In this document: positions 18,201-27,095 of the stretch, in pieces
Layout of the letters: each line of letters starts with the position of its first letter
Position numbering within the stretch: position 1 is the first letter of the stretch
Virus record (IMG/VR): IMGVR_UViG_3300020042_005216
Span: 1-27,646 of that record
Reading direction: 5' to 3' (one strand)
DNA length: 27,646 bases
Source: a virus
Taxonomy: Duplodnaviria; Caudoviricetes
Program-made: the position numbers and the translations under genes
The notes under the pieces: model-generated
Seen by the model: the letters and a program-made list of their open reading frames with translations, nothing else
What the model was told of the DNA's origin: nothing
Database searches by the model: none

Positions 18201-18674
18201 CCCGAAAGAAAAGGGATTGTTACTGCTGGATCAGCTGCTGGGCAAGTTGAAAGTTATTTTAGAGGCAAAGTTAATTTAGATGATCGTGCAGTTCAAAACG
18301 AGATTGAAAAAATTACTACTATTGCATCAGAACAATTAGTAAAAGACATTGAGTCAGGTACTTATAAAGTTTCTAAGGACATTACACCATACCTAGCTGT
18401 TGGAGAGTTTAGAGAACGAGGTAAATTGTCAGATAAGCTAGTTACTTTAGATAAAAAGTCAGGTAAAATTATGTCAGCAGAAGATATACTTTCTCTTAGA
18501 GATTCAGCTAGTACTTTTATTTCTAAGAACAAGGCTAACACAAGTCCTGATGCTGAGATAGCAAGGCTAGCAGAAGTATGGACTGCTAATAGTAACGGTA
18601 TACAAAACAGATATAAAAACTCAGATAGAAATACTGCATTTGCATTATTTGCTTTGGATACATTTAAAAAATAA
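15234..18674 (+). CDS. large internal virion protein with GH108-like lysozyme domain
   Basis: GTDTVPAMLTPGEAVI motif; ~16245-16652 reads IIQKVFQRE...DRGGPTKYGIS...LTKEQAIEI...YWD...FDTAFNKG...FQKGWSNRV (glycosyl hydrolase 108 pattern). Confidence 0.8.
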   Translation: MAPLSGKQQREYLKFQNKEARESAKMEVDQFRKQQLHELKLQEAAAKAKQGLGYKEQVNNAKLNDMGVPLPKGATINKQRLGIPSMNPMAGTEMFKQGQHRLPQSTVFQAQGTDTVPAMLTPGEAVIPRAAAQNPKNKKAIKRMVQEGRRANAMMDGTMDVPEFSRGSSAQANYADGTERVFSRYGKGPLKIVSTHDGYPQQYDEEGRGMSEYSVTVTDPRINKGRPTNIPSLWEGKILSEDKAILKALANGGPYPSYKSIPQAIEAAGQKSDDGGAAAPYMHGSYGVVPQQVQSAVGYENGDTNVSYLDRFLNYVAGQDPQPVAPPLAKPVSQSSDFDTIIQKVFQREYPSEDKAFHNVKGDRGGPTKYGISQRAYPNLDIKNLTKEQAIEIAKRDYWDKNKVDQLDPALREVYFDTAFNKGSGAAKLFLERSGGDPVKFLDERQKYANEIVKQDPSQKKFQKGWSNRVNDLKRVAETATDVLIPSAQAGTLDAREIQAPLAVVKPEVVEVVNNTPSGRDVLIAKQNLATSTDPKLIQSSKDILARANQAIPTLADTRGAIINSPLTAMETPLFNKDQQDLIRLSEIINDPNITPNDKKWAYTQINRITRNGQPVSPVGAGTARSIFNQVLGSELQANIANLPKNEPYLVPEVPVPTQAEIPRPIDVAMNQQAMSNDQNYNMSLGEGKQVEVPAVDGTGFSKQNADRFNNLGLESRKELDNISSEVKRVTQMQGTKQEKEGFLAKALEGIFGPKGLFSDKELIRFAILAAGGMLTGGSVGGSLRVAGLNTLQSADKRQAEQFANEQQDKRFNQQEELLDKRFAKEREFRKEDIIRAEDKQLETEMIREGRDAVAVRNWIKGGQKGEVPAIKTSYIRNGNSELMTVTSSIKLNDQVFKPGDPVYVYQMTQQVGPRKGETIQMARIGNKDIPFEDLMSKGFYLSKWNESTHGEIAKLKRAQEFSEKLSKNIFEPIVESYFGASNIKGKANPERKGIVTAGSAAGQVESYFRGKVNLDDRAVQNEIEKITTIASEQLVKDIESGTYKVSKDITPYLAVGEFRERGKLSDKLVTLDKKSGKIMSAEDILSLRDSASTFISKNKANTSPDAEIARLAEVWTANSNGIQNRYKNSDRNTAFALFALDTFKK

Positions 18675-18682
18675 GAGGTAAC

Positions 18683-21600
18683 ATGGATAGACTTAAAGAA
18701 ATACTTATAGGTATGGGAATAGACGAAAAGTCTATCCCTGAACCCTCTGTTATGGATACGGGAACAGACAGCATCAAATTAAAAGATGCTGATACTGTTT
18801 CCCTTCCTAATTCAACATTACGTTTACAAGGTATTAACACAAGAGAAAGTGCTAAATTTTTACCCAATAAAATTAAAGGTGCTCAATTAGGTGCTGATAC
18901 ACAATCAGAATTAGTTGCTGAAACTATTAAAGGTGGAGGCTTTACTACTCCTGAATTAAGCGGTACTAAAGATATTTATGGACGTGAATTAGGGGATCTC
19001 TACTCAGGTGGTAGAGCTTTAACTAATGAATTGTTATATAAAGGCTACACTGACCTTTATAAAGAAAGCACTCCGTCACAAAGAACTAGTGAAGCTTATG
19101 GTAAATTAGATCGTAGGCAAAGAGAGTTAGAAGGAAAAGTTACTGTTGCAGATGAGATGTATTACAATCTTATTGGTGAAATGTATCCTAATGAAAGAGT
19201 TTATTCTAAGTTAAGAACAACAACAGGTAAACAATTTAATCAAGCAGACCTTGATTATTTTGTTGGACCCGCTTTAATTAGACCTGACGAAGATGAACGT
19301 GGTGTTACAAACGCTACTCTTAGTACTGGTTTAAGTATTGGTGGTAAAGAAATTAAAAAGGGTTTGTTTGGAACTCTTGAAATGATTGGTGACCGAACTG
19401 GATCTGACTGGTTAAGAGATATTGGTAGTGCTAATGTAAGAAGTGTACAAGATAATTTAGAAAAGTTACCATATTTAAAACAGCCAGAAGCCTTTGATGA
19501 TAATGGTGATTGGAAGCTAGATACATTAGGTAAGGTTGTTGACTTTGCTATTGGTCAAGCCGCAGTATCAGCCCCTCAAATGTTAACAACTGTTGTTGCG
19601 ACTCTAGCTGCTCCATTAACGTATGGTTTATCTTTATCAATTCCTGCTGGAATTTATATTGGTAATACTTGGAACAATCAAAAAGAAGAAAATAAAAATG
19701 CTACTGCGGCTATTGCTTCTGGATTAACACAAACTGCTTTAGATAGATTAGCTCTTGGTTTTATCTTTAAACCCGGATTAGATATAACTAAGCAAGCTAC
19801 TCAGCAAATGGTTAAGAAAGAGCTAATGCTTAAAGGCATTGGCGATGAAGCGGCAGAACAATTAATTAAGAATAGTTTAAAAGAAGCTACTAAAGAAGTT
19901 GGTGAAGCTTTAAGAGTTGCTACTATTAAATCAAACTTAGGACCAAAAGCTATTGGTAAGTCTATTACTGTTGGTGGTTTAACTGAATCAATTACAGAAT
20001 CATTACAAGAATTAGCGGGTTATCTAGGTGAAGAGGTTACATTTTCTTTACCTACTGATATTGCAGAACAAAACAAATTGAAAAACAGAATGCTTAATGC
20101 AGCTGTTGGTGGTGGTTTGCTTGGTGGAACAATAAGTGGTGGAAGCACCGCTGTGTCTACTCTTACTAATAGAATATCACCTAATGAAATTACTAGTGAT
20201 TCTGAATTCAGAAACAGAATGAATAAAGAACGTGGTAATATTCCATCTGCGGCTGAGATTCAACTAGAAGCATTTGGTAAACCTGAGAATGATAAAACTA
20301 TTGAAGAACTTGCTTTGTTAGAAACTTCTAAACGACAAACAGAAGGTGTGTTTGCTAAGACTGGTTCTTGGTGGGCTGATAAAGGTATTGTATCTTTGTT
20401 TGGAAAATACAGTGGTACTATTATGAAAGGCATGCAACATGCTGATGAGTACATGGGTTCACTTGCTACGTTCTTAGGTTATGGTAGACCCGTTAATGGT
20501 AGATCTATTGATGAACACCAAGCTCTTTTAAGTGCTAAAATTTTTAGTAAATTTGGTACTAAAGAAGAAATGCTAGGTAAGTTTACAGGTTTAAACGAAA
20601 CTCAAATTAATAAATTATTTAATGATAAGAAAGTTATTGATGGCTTAGAACGTATTTCTTCTAATATGAATCTTTATCCTGATCAAACATCTAATCAATT
20701 AGCTACTAGTTTGGGTATTGATTTTGGAGTTAACAATCAATACAAAGAACAACTGTCTGAGTATGCTGGTAAAATTACTAATCTAATTAATGATTATAAC
20801 AATGCAACTGGCTCTGCTCTAACCTTTAAATCTTTCTTAGAACAATCACCTATTGACAAGACTGTTGTTACTAAAAAATATAAAGAGTTTCTTAAGGATT
20901 TAGAAGTAGGATTAAAAATATCTCCAAAAGAAGCAGGAGAGATTATTAATTCTTTAATGAATAACAGAGATAACAATTCTATTGATGATGTATTTAATGA
21001 AGATATCAATCCATTTACTGAGGTAACTGCTGGATTAAAAGATAAAGACGTTCTTATTAAAGCCTTGAATGAGCCAGAGAACAGAGCTAGATTTGCTAAG
21101 TATTTATCTAACGATATACTAAATAATGCTTATTCTCTGTCTAGTAAAGCTGCAGCTATTAACGTTAATAAAAATATTATTGGAAAAGATGGAGCTAAGC
21201 TAGCCGCTTTAATACAAGCTTCTTTAAACAAAGGTACTATTGATAATGCTACTGCTTCGTTTATAGCTAAAGAACTTAAAGACTTTCTTAGTATGCGTTC
21301 AGGTAATTACTTCCCTATTACTAATCCTTATATTAAAGGTGCATTAGGTACTGTTAATTTCTTGTCTACAATTACAGCGTTACCTTTAGCCGCAGTAAGT
21401 TCTACCGTAGAGTTTGCTCAGGTATTTAGAAATCTTAATAGACCTCAATCAATTAAAGCATTTAGAATATTACTTACTTCTGCTGGAAAAGAAATGTCAG
21501 CATACCTACGTGACATTGGTAATGCTATGACAGATAGAGTTCAGATTAAAGAGGTTGCTCATAGATCTTCTTTGTCTAGAGCAGGTTATTTAAAAGAAGG

Positions 21601-22483
21601 AAACACAGCTAATCGTATTGATATTATGTCTAACTATTATCAACGATGGACAGAAGGTTTCTTTAAGTTAACTGGTCTTACTTCTGTTACTACTATTACT
21701 AGAAATGCTAGATTAGGTATTGCAGCAGATGCAATTAATAATTGGTTAGGTGTTGTTCAGAATAATGATTTATCTTACACAGAGCAACAAGTAAACGATG
21801 CAAGAGACCACTTGAATAGGTTAGGTATTGATATAAGCTTTATGACATCTATTAATGATGACAGTACTTTAAATCAAAGTAAGTATGAGAACAATATGCA
21901 ATTAGCTGTTTACAATTTTGTAAATGAAGCTGTTGTAATGCCATCACAACTTAACAGACCTAAGTTTTATAGTGATCCTTACTATAGTTTGTTTACTCAA
22001 TTCCAAGGTTATACATCAACATTTACAGCAAACATTTTGCCAAGACTTATTGGTGACTTGGGTAAAGCAGGTTCTGAAGACCAAAAGAATGCAGCTGCAA
22101 CAATTGCTATGATGATTGCTTTGTCTATGCTTGCTTTGTATATCAAGGATTTAATTAAGTATGGTGAATCACCACCTGAATGGTTAAAAGAAGAAAAAGA
22201 ATTTCAACGTCTAGTATCCCAAACAGGTTTACTAGGAACTGGTCAGCGCATATGGGATACAATGGATCCTTTAATCCCTGATAACAGTAAATATAAAGGT
22301 GTTGCGGCACAGGTTTGGCAGAATCTTTCTGAGCAATCCCCTCAACTTTCCTTTATTAACAAAATCGATAATGCCTTATCTGCACCTGAAGGTAAGCAAA
22401 TCGAGAGAGGTGCAAGGCTGCTTCCTATATTAGGAACATCTCCCGCCTTTGCAAAATATTTACAGAAAGAACTTGGAGACTAA
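18683..22483 (+). CDS. large internal virion protein with N-terminal thermonuclease (SNase)-like domain
   Basis: KDADTV...LRLQGINTRE...DIYGRELG...NELLYKG near the N-terminus; hydrophobic A/G-rich segments; C-terminal LFTQFQGY motif common in ejection proteins. Confidence 0.7.
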   Translation: MDRLKEILIGMGIDEKSIPEPSVMDTGTDSIKLKDADTVSLPNSTLRLQGINTRESAKFLPNKIKGAQLGADTQSELVAETIKGGGFTTPELSGTKDIYGRELGDLYSGGRALTNELLYKGYTDLYKESTPSQRTSEAYGKLDRRQRELEGKVTVADEMYYNLIGEMYPNERVYSKLRTTTGKQFNQADLDYFVGPALIRPDEDERGVTNATLSTGLSIGGKEIKKGLFGTLEMIGDRTGSDWLRDIGSANVRSVQDNLEKLPYLKQPEAFDDNGDWKLDTLGKVVDFAIGQAAVSAPQMLTTVVATLAAPLTYGLSLSIPAGIYIGNTWNNQKEENKNATAAIASGLTQTALDRLALGFIFKPGLDITKQATQQMVKKELMLKGIGDEAAEQLIKNSLKEATKEVGEALRVATIKSNLGPKAIGKSITVGGLTESITESLQELAGYLGEEVTFSLPTDIAEQNKLKNRMLNAAVGGGLLGGTISGGSTAVSTLTNRISPNEITSDSEFRNRMNKERGNIPSAAEIQLEAFGKPENDKTIEELALLETSKRQTEGVFAKTGSWWADKGIVSLFGKYSGTIMKGMQHADEYMGSLATFLGYGRPVNGRSIDEHQALLSAKIFSKFGTKEEMLGKFTGLNETQINKLFNDKKVIDGLERISSNMNLYPDQTSNQLATSLGIDFGVNNQYKEQLSEYAGKITNLINDYNNATGSALTFKSFLEQSPIDKTVVTKKYKEFLKDLEVGLKISPKEAGEIINSLMNNRDNNSIDDVFNEDINPFTEVTAGLKDKDVLIKALNEPENRARFAKYLSNDILNNAYSLSSKAAAINVNKNIIGKDGAKLAALIQASLNKGTIDNATASFIAKELKDFLSMRSGNYFPITNPYIKGALGTVNFLSTITALPLAAVSSTVEFAQVFRNLNRPQSIKAFRILLTSAGKEMSAYLRDIGNAMTDRVQIKEVAHRSSLSRAGYLKEGNTANRIDIMSNYYQRWTEGFFKLTGLTSVTTITRNARLGIAADAINNWLGVVQNNDLSYTEQQVNDARDHLNRLGIDISFMTSINDDSTLNQSKYENNMQLAVYNFVNEAVVMPSQLNRPKFYSDPYYSLFTQFQGYTSTFTANILPRLIGDLGKAGSEDQKNAAATIAMMIALSMLALYIKDLIKYGESPPEWLKEEKEFQRLVSQTGLLGTGQRIWDTMDPLIPDNSKYKGVAAQVWQNLSEQSPQLSFINKIDNALSAPEGKQIERGARLLPILGTSPAFAKYLQKELGD

Positions 22484-22486
22484 TTA

Positions 22487-25400
22487 ATGTCTAAATTTGT
22501 TAACGTACCCCGCCCAGCTAATATACCACAAGATGTTGGCTCAAACTTTTTAAGAGAACGTATTGCAGAAAATGAAGTGCCTGCAATAGATGTATCTGAG
22601 GAACAACAAGTTCCTCCACCATTAGCATACACAGGTATGAGTGCTGATGAAGATACAACAACCCCTGAAGATGCTAATTATTTTGCTAAAGAACGTAATC
22701 TTTTTAGTGATGATAATTTAGAGCAATACAATATAGCGGATAACAGCGATATTTATCCAGATGAAGGTGCAGGAGCAGGTAGATCTATTATGGATCGCCA
22801 AGGTAATGTGCTACCTTATGAGCAAATGATGCAATTGCGTCAACAAGAAGTAGAAGCTCAACAACAAAGAGTTATGTCTCTGGCACAGTTAACCCGTATG
22901 AAAACAGTAGAAGATCTTAATGCCGCTATTGGTGATGGTGTTATGAGACCTACAGTAGCTGCAACGCCTCTTCGTGCTTCTAAAGATATTGGTTTATCTT
23001 TAGCTAACATGGAAATTAAAACACCTTCCGGAGAAGTTCAAAACGGTTTGACAAGGCTTGCTGATGCTTACGGTGTTACAACACGTACAGCAGCTAACAT
23101 GGGTACTTTGTCAATGGTTACTCTTATGCCGCTTGCTGTTGGTAATGCTAAAAGAATGAAGCCTCGTTCTCAAGATGATTCTACTATTTCAGAAACAGAT
23201 TTTTTTGATGAAGAGTCTAATGATACGTTAACAGGTATTAACTCTTTGTTAAGCAGTGATGGCGAAGAAGGTCCACTTAATCTTAAATATGTAGGTGGGC
23301 TTCTTACTAGGGAATCTTTTGAGACAGCTCATGGACGTGTAGCTAAATTGTTTAGAAAAACCCGTAATTCCGTTGATGCTCAAGGCAGACCTTTAGATCA
23401 ATCTATTGTACCACAAGCCAGAATTTCTAATACAGAAGATGGTGCTCTTTATGCCCAAGCTGAGATTGATGCAGGTTATTTTACTGAAGTTAATGTTAAA
23501 GGCGTAATGGCTGTTGTTCCTACTAATAAAGGTTTAGATTTTTATCGAGACACTAAAGAGTTAGAACACGCTATTACAGGTAGATTGTCTGCTAGGTCAC
23601 AAAAAGTTCCTGTAAGTGATACCGGTGAGCTAGTAGGAGCTAGTCGTAACATTCGTCCAGGAGATATAAAGAAACCCGGATACCAACCATTAACTCAGGT
23701 TGATGAAGGTAAACGTGTTGCTGGTAGTATTGGTAAATTGTCTTCTTCTATTAAAGGTTTTCATGCTCTTAATATGTTTAAGATGTTGTTATCTCAGATT
23801 AATAACAACGGAGTACCCGTTGAAGGTAATGTAGATATGCTTCCTTACTTTAAAATTAGTAATGAAGATCTTGAAGATGCCAAAATTCCTGATGATTCCC
23901 CAGATAAAAATAACTCTTTAAAAAGTAAACTTAATTTATTAGCAAGTGAATTCTTTTATCAAGCTGGTTTTATGGCTGATGGTAGCCCTAACTTTACTAA
24001 ATATAGAGATGATTATTCAACACACCGTTTATACCAAGATGCAGTTGATTTTGCTGAACAACGTAATAAATTAACTCGTGCTTTGATGGTGTTTAATGCT
24101 AAACCTTTTCTTGTTAATGATACTACATACCATACTAAAGGTATTAGTAAAGAAAAAGCAACAGACTTTTGGAACAAAATTGGAAGCAAAGCTAGAGGCA
24201 GAGACTTTAAACTTACTCAAGCAGAAAGAGAATTATCTTTCTTAGCTATACTAGGTAGAGCTTTAGATGTAGGTAAGTATGCGGGTACAGGTTTTAAAAC
24301 AGAGAACATGACTATTCCTGAAATGCTCAGTATAGTTTCTCCTGCTTTCATTATGAATGCAGCTAGCATTGGTAGACAATTAAGGTCTTTAGTTCCTAAT
24401 TCTACTAAAGAAATTGTTAATGAAATACTTAGTGTTGCTAAAGCAGTTGATGATCAATACAATAAAGGTGTAAAGAAAATACCGGGTGATGCAAGTTTAA
24501 TTAAGCCTGAGTACACTCAAGACATGACTGAACCACAACGTAATGCAATGCTTACATGGTTAAACAGTTCAGGTCGAGATGATTATGGTTATACATTACA
24601 AGCGTTCTTAGATGCGGCTTCTTATATGGATGCTAAAGAACAAGGTAAACCTTTTACACCTAGAACTACTGTTGCTATTGACATGAACTCAGCTGGAAGA
24701 ACATTCTTAGCTATGGATGTTGGTAAAGAAAATATTCTTACACGAGTTGGTTTAATATGGGACAACATGACAGACAAAGAGTGGCAGGATGTTACTGGCG
24801 GTAAAGACCCTCGAGCATTTTTTACTGAAGTTGCTGTAAAAGAAGGCTTAGATTCTGCTTTTGGTGCTGCTGATCAAGAAAAATTAAGAGCATGGAAAGC
24901 AGCCTTTGCTAAATTTGAAGGTAACAAAGATTTTAATAAGGCTTTTGGTAAGAAAGTATTGTTGACTACCGATTATGGTAAGCCAATGATGTATCACTTT
25001 GAGGAAGCTATGGCTTTCCTTAATGAGTACCCATCTTTTAAAGATGAAATGCTAAGCTATTATAAAAATGATTACAAAAAACTCGTTGAAGAATTAAACG
25101 AAATCTATTTTAAAACTTTAAACGCTGCGGGTGATGGTTGGCAATACGCTTTACCTAAACAACTTGTAGAATTAATGCAAATGTTTGGTCGAGTTCCTGC
25201 TCCATTAGGCTACCATAACGAAAGAATTAGTATTGGTAAATCTGGTGTGTATGATACTGATCAAGATATAGAAATATCTAGTAGGTATGCTACTATAAAA
25301 AGAAAAATTAAAGGTTTTTTAGGTTTAGATCCTGAAGCTAAAGCTAAAGATAAAGGTACTAAAGGTTTTGATGGTGCTAATATTGAACCTCCGGGTCCAG

Positions 25401-26047
25401 GAACAGCAGCTCGTAATGGTATTGGTCCTGTTATGGGTCAGTATCGAGAGTCAATGGTAATGCTTGAGACTATGCGTTATATTAATGGTGATAAAGATCC
25501 GTTCCAAATGCTTAATATGTCTCCTGTGTTTGATAACTTTATTTTAGATGCTGATAGTTATCTTATGACGCTGTATGTAGCCAACAATATTGTTGTTCCT
25601 CGTATTCTAGAGTGGGATATGGTTGGTAACTTTGAAAAAGATTATAACTTACAAATGGCTGAGATACAAGAAGAACTTTCTAAACAAGGTAATACAATTA
25701 TTATTAATAATAAGTCACCATACAAAGGTATGTTTACTGTATTAGATCGTAATTTAAAATACATTTTAGAAAAAGAAAAAGCAGGTGATAAGTTATCTTC
25801 TTCAGAAAAAATGTTTAAAGACAGATTAATGGATAACCGTTCTGGTTATATTCTACCTGAAAGTAGACCTGATACAGTGGTACTTACTCGTGCTCAAGTT
25901 AATATTCTTTATAAAACTATGGCTTCTAAATTTAATATCTTTGATAAGTTTAAAAAGTGGACTAAGGATTTAGATAATAACCGCAAGAATGCCTTAATGA
26001 AAATTAAAAATAGAGCACGTAACGGTGAAATTTATTTCTTTACTTAA
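22487..26047 (+). CDS. divergent single-subunit (T7/N4-family) DNA-directed RNA polymerase, probably virion-associated
   Basis: DDYSTHRLY (DxxGRxY-like, aa ~508); VAIDMNSAG (motif A, D732); KAFGKKVLLTTDYG (motif B K-x3-K-x7-YG, K822/Y830); ARNGIGP; SPVFDNF (motif C, D1016). Confidence 0.75.
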   Translation: MSKFVNVPRPANIPQDVGSNFLRERIAENEVPAIDVSEEQQVPPPLAYTGMSADEDTTTPEDANYFAKERNLFSDDNLEQYNIADNSDIYPDEGAGAGRSIMDRQGNVLPYEQMMQLRQQEVEAQQQRVMSLAQLTRMKTVEDLNAAIGDGVMRPTVAATPLRASKDIGLSLANMEIKTPSGEVQNGLTRLADAYGVTTRTAANMGTLSMVTLMPLAVGNAKRMKPRSQDDSTISETDFFDEESNDTLTGINSLLSSDGEEGPLNLKYVGGLLTRESFETAHGRVAKLFRKTRNSVDAQGRPLDQSIVPQARISNTEDGALYAQAEIDAGYFTEVNVKGVMAVVPTNKGLDFYRDTKELEHAITGRLSARSQKVPVSDTGELVGASRNIRPGDIKKPGYQPLTQVDEGKRVAGSIGKLSSSIKGFHALNMFKMLLSQINNNGVPVEGNVDMLPYFKISNEDLEDAKIPDDSPDKNNSLKSKLNLLASEFFYQAGFMADGSPNFTKYRDDYSTHRLYQDAVDFAEQRNKLTRALMVFNAKPFLVNDTTYHTKGISKEKATDFWNKIGSKARGRDFKLTQAERELSFLAILGRALDVGKYAGTGFKTENMTIPEMLSIVSPAFIMNAASIGRQLRSLVPNSTKEIVNEILSVAKAVDDQYNKGVKKIPGDASLIKPEYTQDMTEPQRNAMLTWLNSSGRDDYGYTLQAFLDAASYMDAKEQGKPFTPRTTVAIDMNSAGRTFLAMDVGKENILTRVGLIWDNMTDKEWQDVTGGKDPRAFFTEVAVKEGLDSAFGAADQEKLRAWKAAFAKFEGNKDFNKAFGKKVLLTTDYGKPMMYHFEEAMAFLNEYPSFKDEMLSYYKNDYKKLVEELNEIYFKTLNAAGDGWQYALPKQLVELMQMFGRVPAPLGYHNERISIGKSGVYDTDQDIEISSRYATIKRKIKGFLGLDPEAKAKDKGTKGFDGANIEPPGPGTAARNGIGPVMGQYRESMVMLETMRYINGDKDPFQMLNMSPVFDNFILDADSYLMTLYVANNIVVPRILEWDMVGNFEKDYNLQMAEIQEELSKQGNTIIINNKSPYKGMFTVLDRNLKYILEKEKAGDKLSSSEKMFKDRLMDNRSGYILPESRPDTVVLTRAQVNILYKTMASKFNIFDKFKKWTKDLDNNRKNALMKIKNRARNGEIYFFT

Positions 26048-26052
26048 GTAAC

Positions 26053-26103
26053 AAATAAAAAACCCCTATTAGGAATTATCCTAGTAGGGGTTATTTTTTT
26101 TTT
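26053..26103. terminator. bidirectional intrinsic terminator
   Basis: Hairpin aacccctattagga-atta-tcctagtaggggtt flanked by an A-tract on the left and a T-tract on the right, between convergent genes. Confidence 0.9.
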
Positions 26104-26380
26104 AAATTAAACTGTTATATAATTTAAGTGCATCACTGCGGTATTCATCAGCTGCCTTTGCAGCTTCGTCTTGTGTATAATTAAAACCAGTATTAACGTT
26201 TTTAACTTCAGGTAGCCCAGTTAAATTTTGTTTATAGATTTCATTGATAACGTAAGGACCAATCTCTTTTTTGTATAGAAGATTATCTGGAATATTAATT
26301 CCTACCTCACTCATATCAGATTGAAATTCTTTATCGTCATAAGGGTTACCCCTCAATGCTTGTACATTATAGCTTTTCAT
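26102..26380 (-). CDS. hypothetical protein
   Basis: 92 aa; ATGA overlap with the Dps-like gene. Confidence 0.7.
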   Translation of the reverse strand: MKSYNVQALRGNPYDDKEFQSDMSEVGINIPDNLLYKKEIGPYVINEIYKQNLTGLPEVKNVNTGFNYTQDEAAKAADEYRSDALKLYNSLI

Positions 26381-26805
26381 TTAGATGACTCCAATTTCCA
26401 TTTAAGTTTAGACACACCAGTCATGTAGTCACCGATGTAAGTTTCTAAGGCACCATGACCTTCTTTACCTGCTTCGTCATACAACATTTGTGATAGTGTT
26501 AAAATGTCTTCTAATGCTTCACATAGGTCTGATAACATAGCAACGTCAGTTTTAGCTTTGTTTTCTAAAGAACAATTACATTCTTCAGCATAAGCTTTGA
26601 TACTGGTCATACACATGTAGCCCATCTGTCTGCACTGCTCATTCAAACCATCATGGTTCTCAAGCAAAAACTCATAAACCTCTTGAAACAAGGTATGATA
26701 CTGAGGGAAATTTGGTCCTGTAACATTCAAATGATATACATGTGACTTAAAATATGTAATAAAATTATCACTGATCAGGGTCTGTAGTTTCTTTTGGCAA
26801 CTCAT
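26377..26805 (-). CDS. dps: Dps/ferritin-like DNA-protection protein
   Basis: Likely start MSCQKK at 26805 (142 aa); KSHVYHLNVTGPNFPQYHTLFQEVY...DGLNEQ...KLKWKL matches the Dps signature (H-x-N-V-x-G-x-x-F-x-x-x-H ... D-x-x-x-E). Confidence 0.85.
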   Translation of the reverse strand: MSCQKKLQTLISDNFITYFKSHVYHLNVTGPNFPQYHTLFQEVYEFLLENHDGLNEQCRQMGYMCMTSIKAYAEECNCSLENKAKTDVAMLSDLCEALEDILTLSQMLYDEAGKEGHGALETYIGDYMTGVSKLKWKLESSK

Positions 26806-26905
26806 CTTGTTTATCTTTCTGTTGTTCTTTATTGTTAAAGATAGCTTCCCAGTTATTTTGGTACTTCTCTTCATCAGTAGGTCTACGACCACTACCCTTA
26901 CCCAT
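26768..26905 (-). CDS. 45-aa hypothetical phage peptide
   Basis: MGKGSGRRPTDEEKYQNNWEAIF...; overlaps the neighbouring genes; start chosen at MGKGS. Confidence 0.55.
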   Translation of the reverse strand: MGKGSGRRPTDEEKYQNNWEAIFNNKEQQKDKQDELPKETTDPDQ

Positions 26906-27095
26906 AATAGCCTTTGCTAATATTAAACTCGTAGGATCTAACGTTTTCACCTAGGATATACTTGCCCCATACCTCAGGCAGTTTTAAGCCCTGTAGCTCA
27001 ATGTCGTACCAATAGGCTCTGTCATCATGTAAGATTTCTTCTTGTGTTTTGTAATAGTCAGGACACAAGTCCTCAATATCATGTTGATTAATCAT
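26898..27095 (-). CDS. hypothetical protein
   Basis: MINQHDIEDLCPDYY...; GAGG upstream; overlaps the stop of the upstream gene. Confidence 0.55.
   Translation of the reverse strand: MINQHDIEDLCPDYYKTQEEILHDDRAYWYDIELQGLKLPEVWGKYILGENVRSYEFNISKGYYG

Noticed and set aside
7823-21009. Other short overlapping ORFs (e.g. 7823, 8045, 8437, 10328, 11562, 12609, 14213, 14374, 15546, 16011, 18664, 20260, 20794)
   Set aside because: They overlap well-supported + strand genes. 10328 and 14374 lack a lipobox and are not in spanin context.
26806-26892. Long N-terminal extension of Dps from the ORF track
   Set aside because: It overlaps the MGKGS peptide gene, and the MSCQ start gives a normal Dps length.
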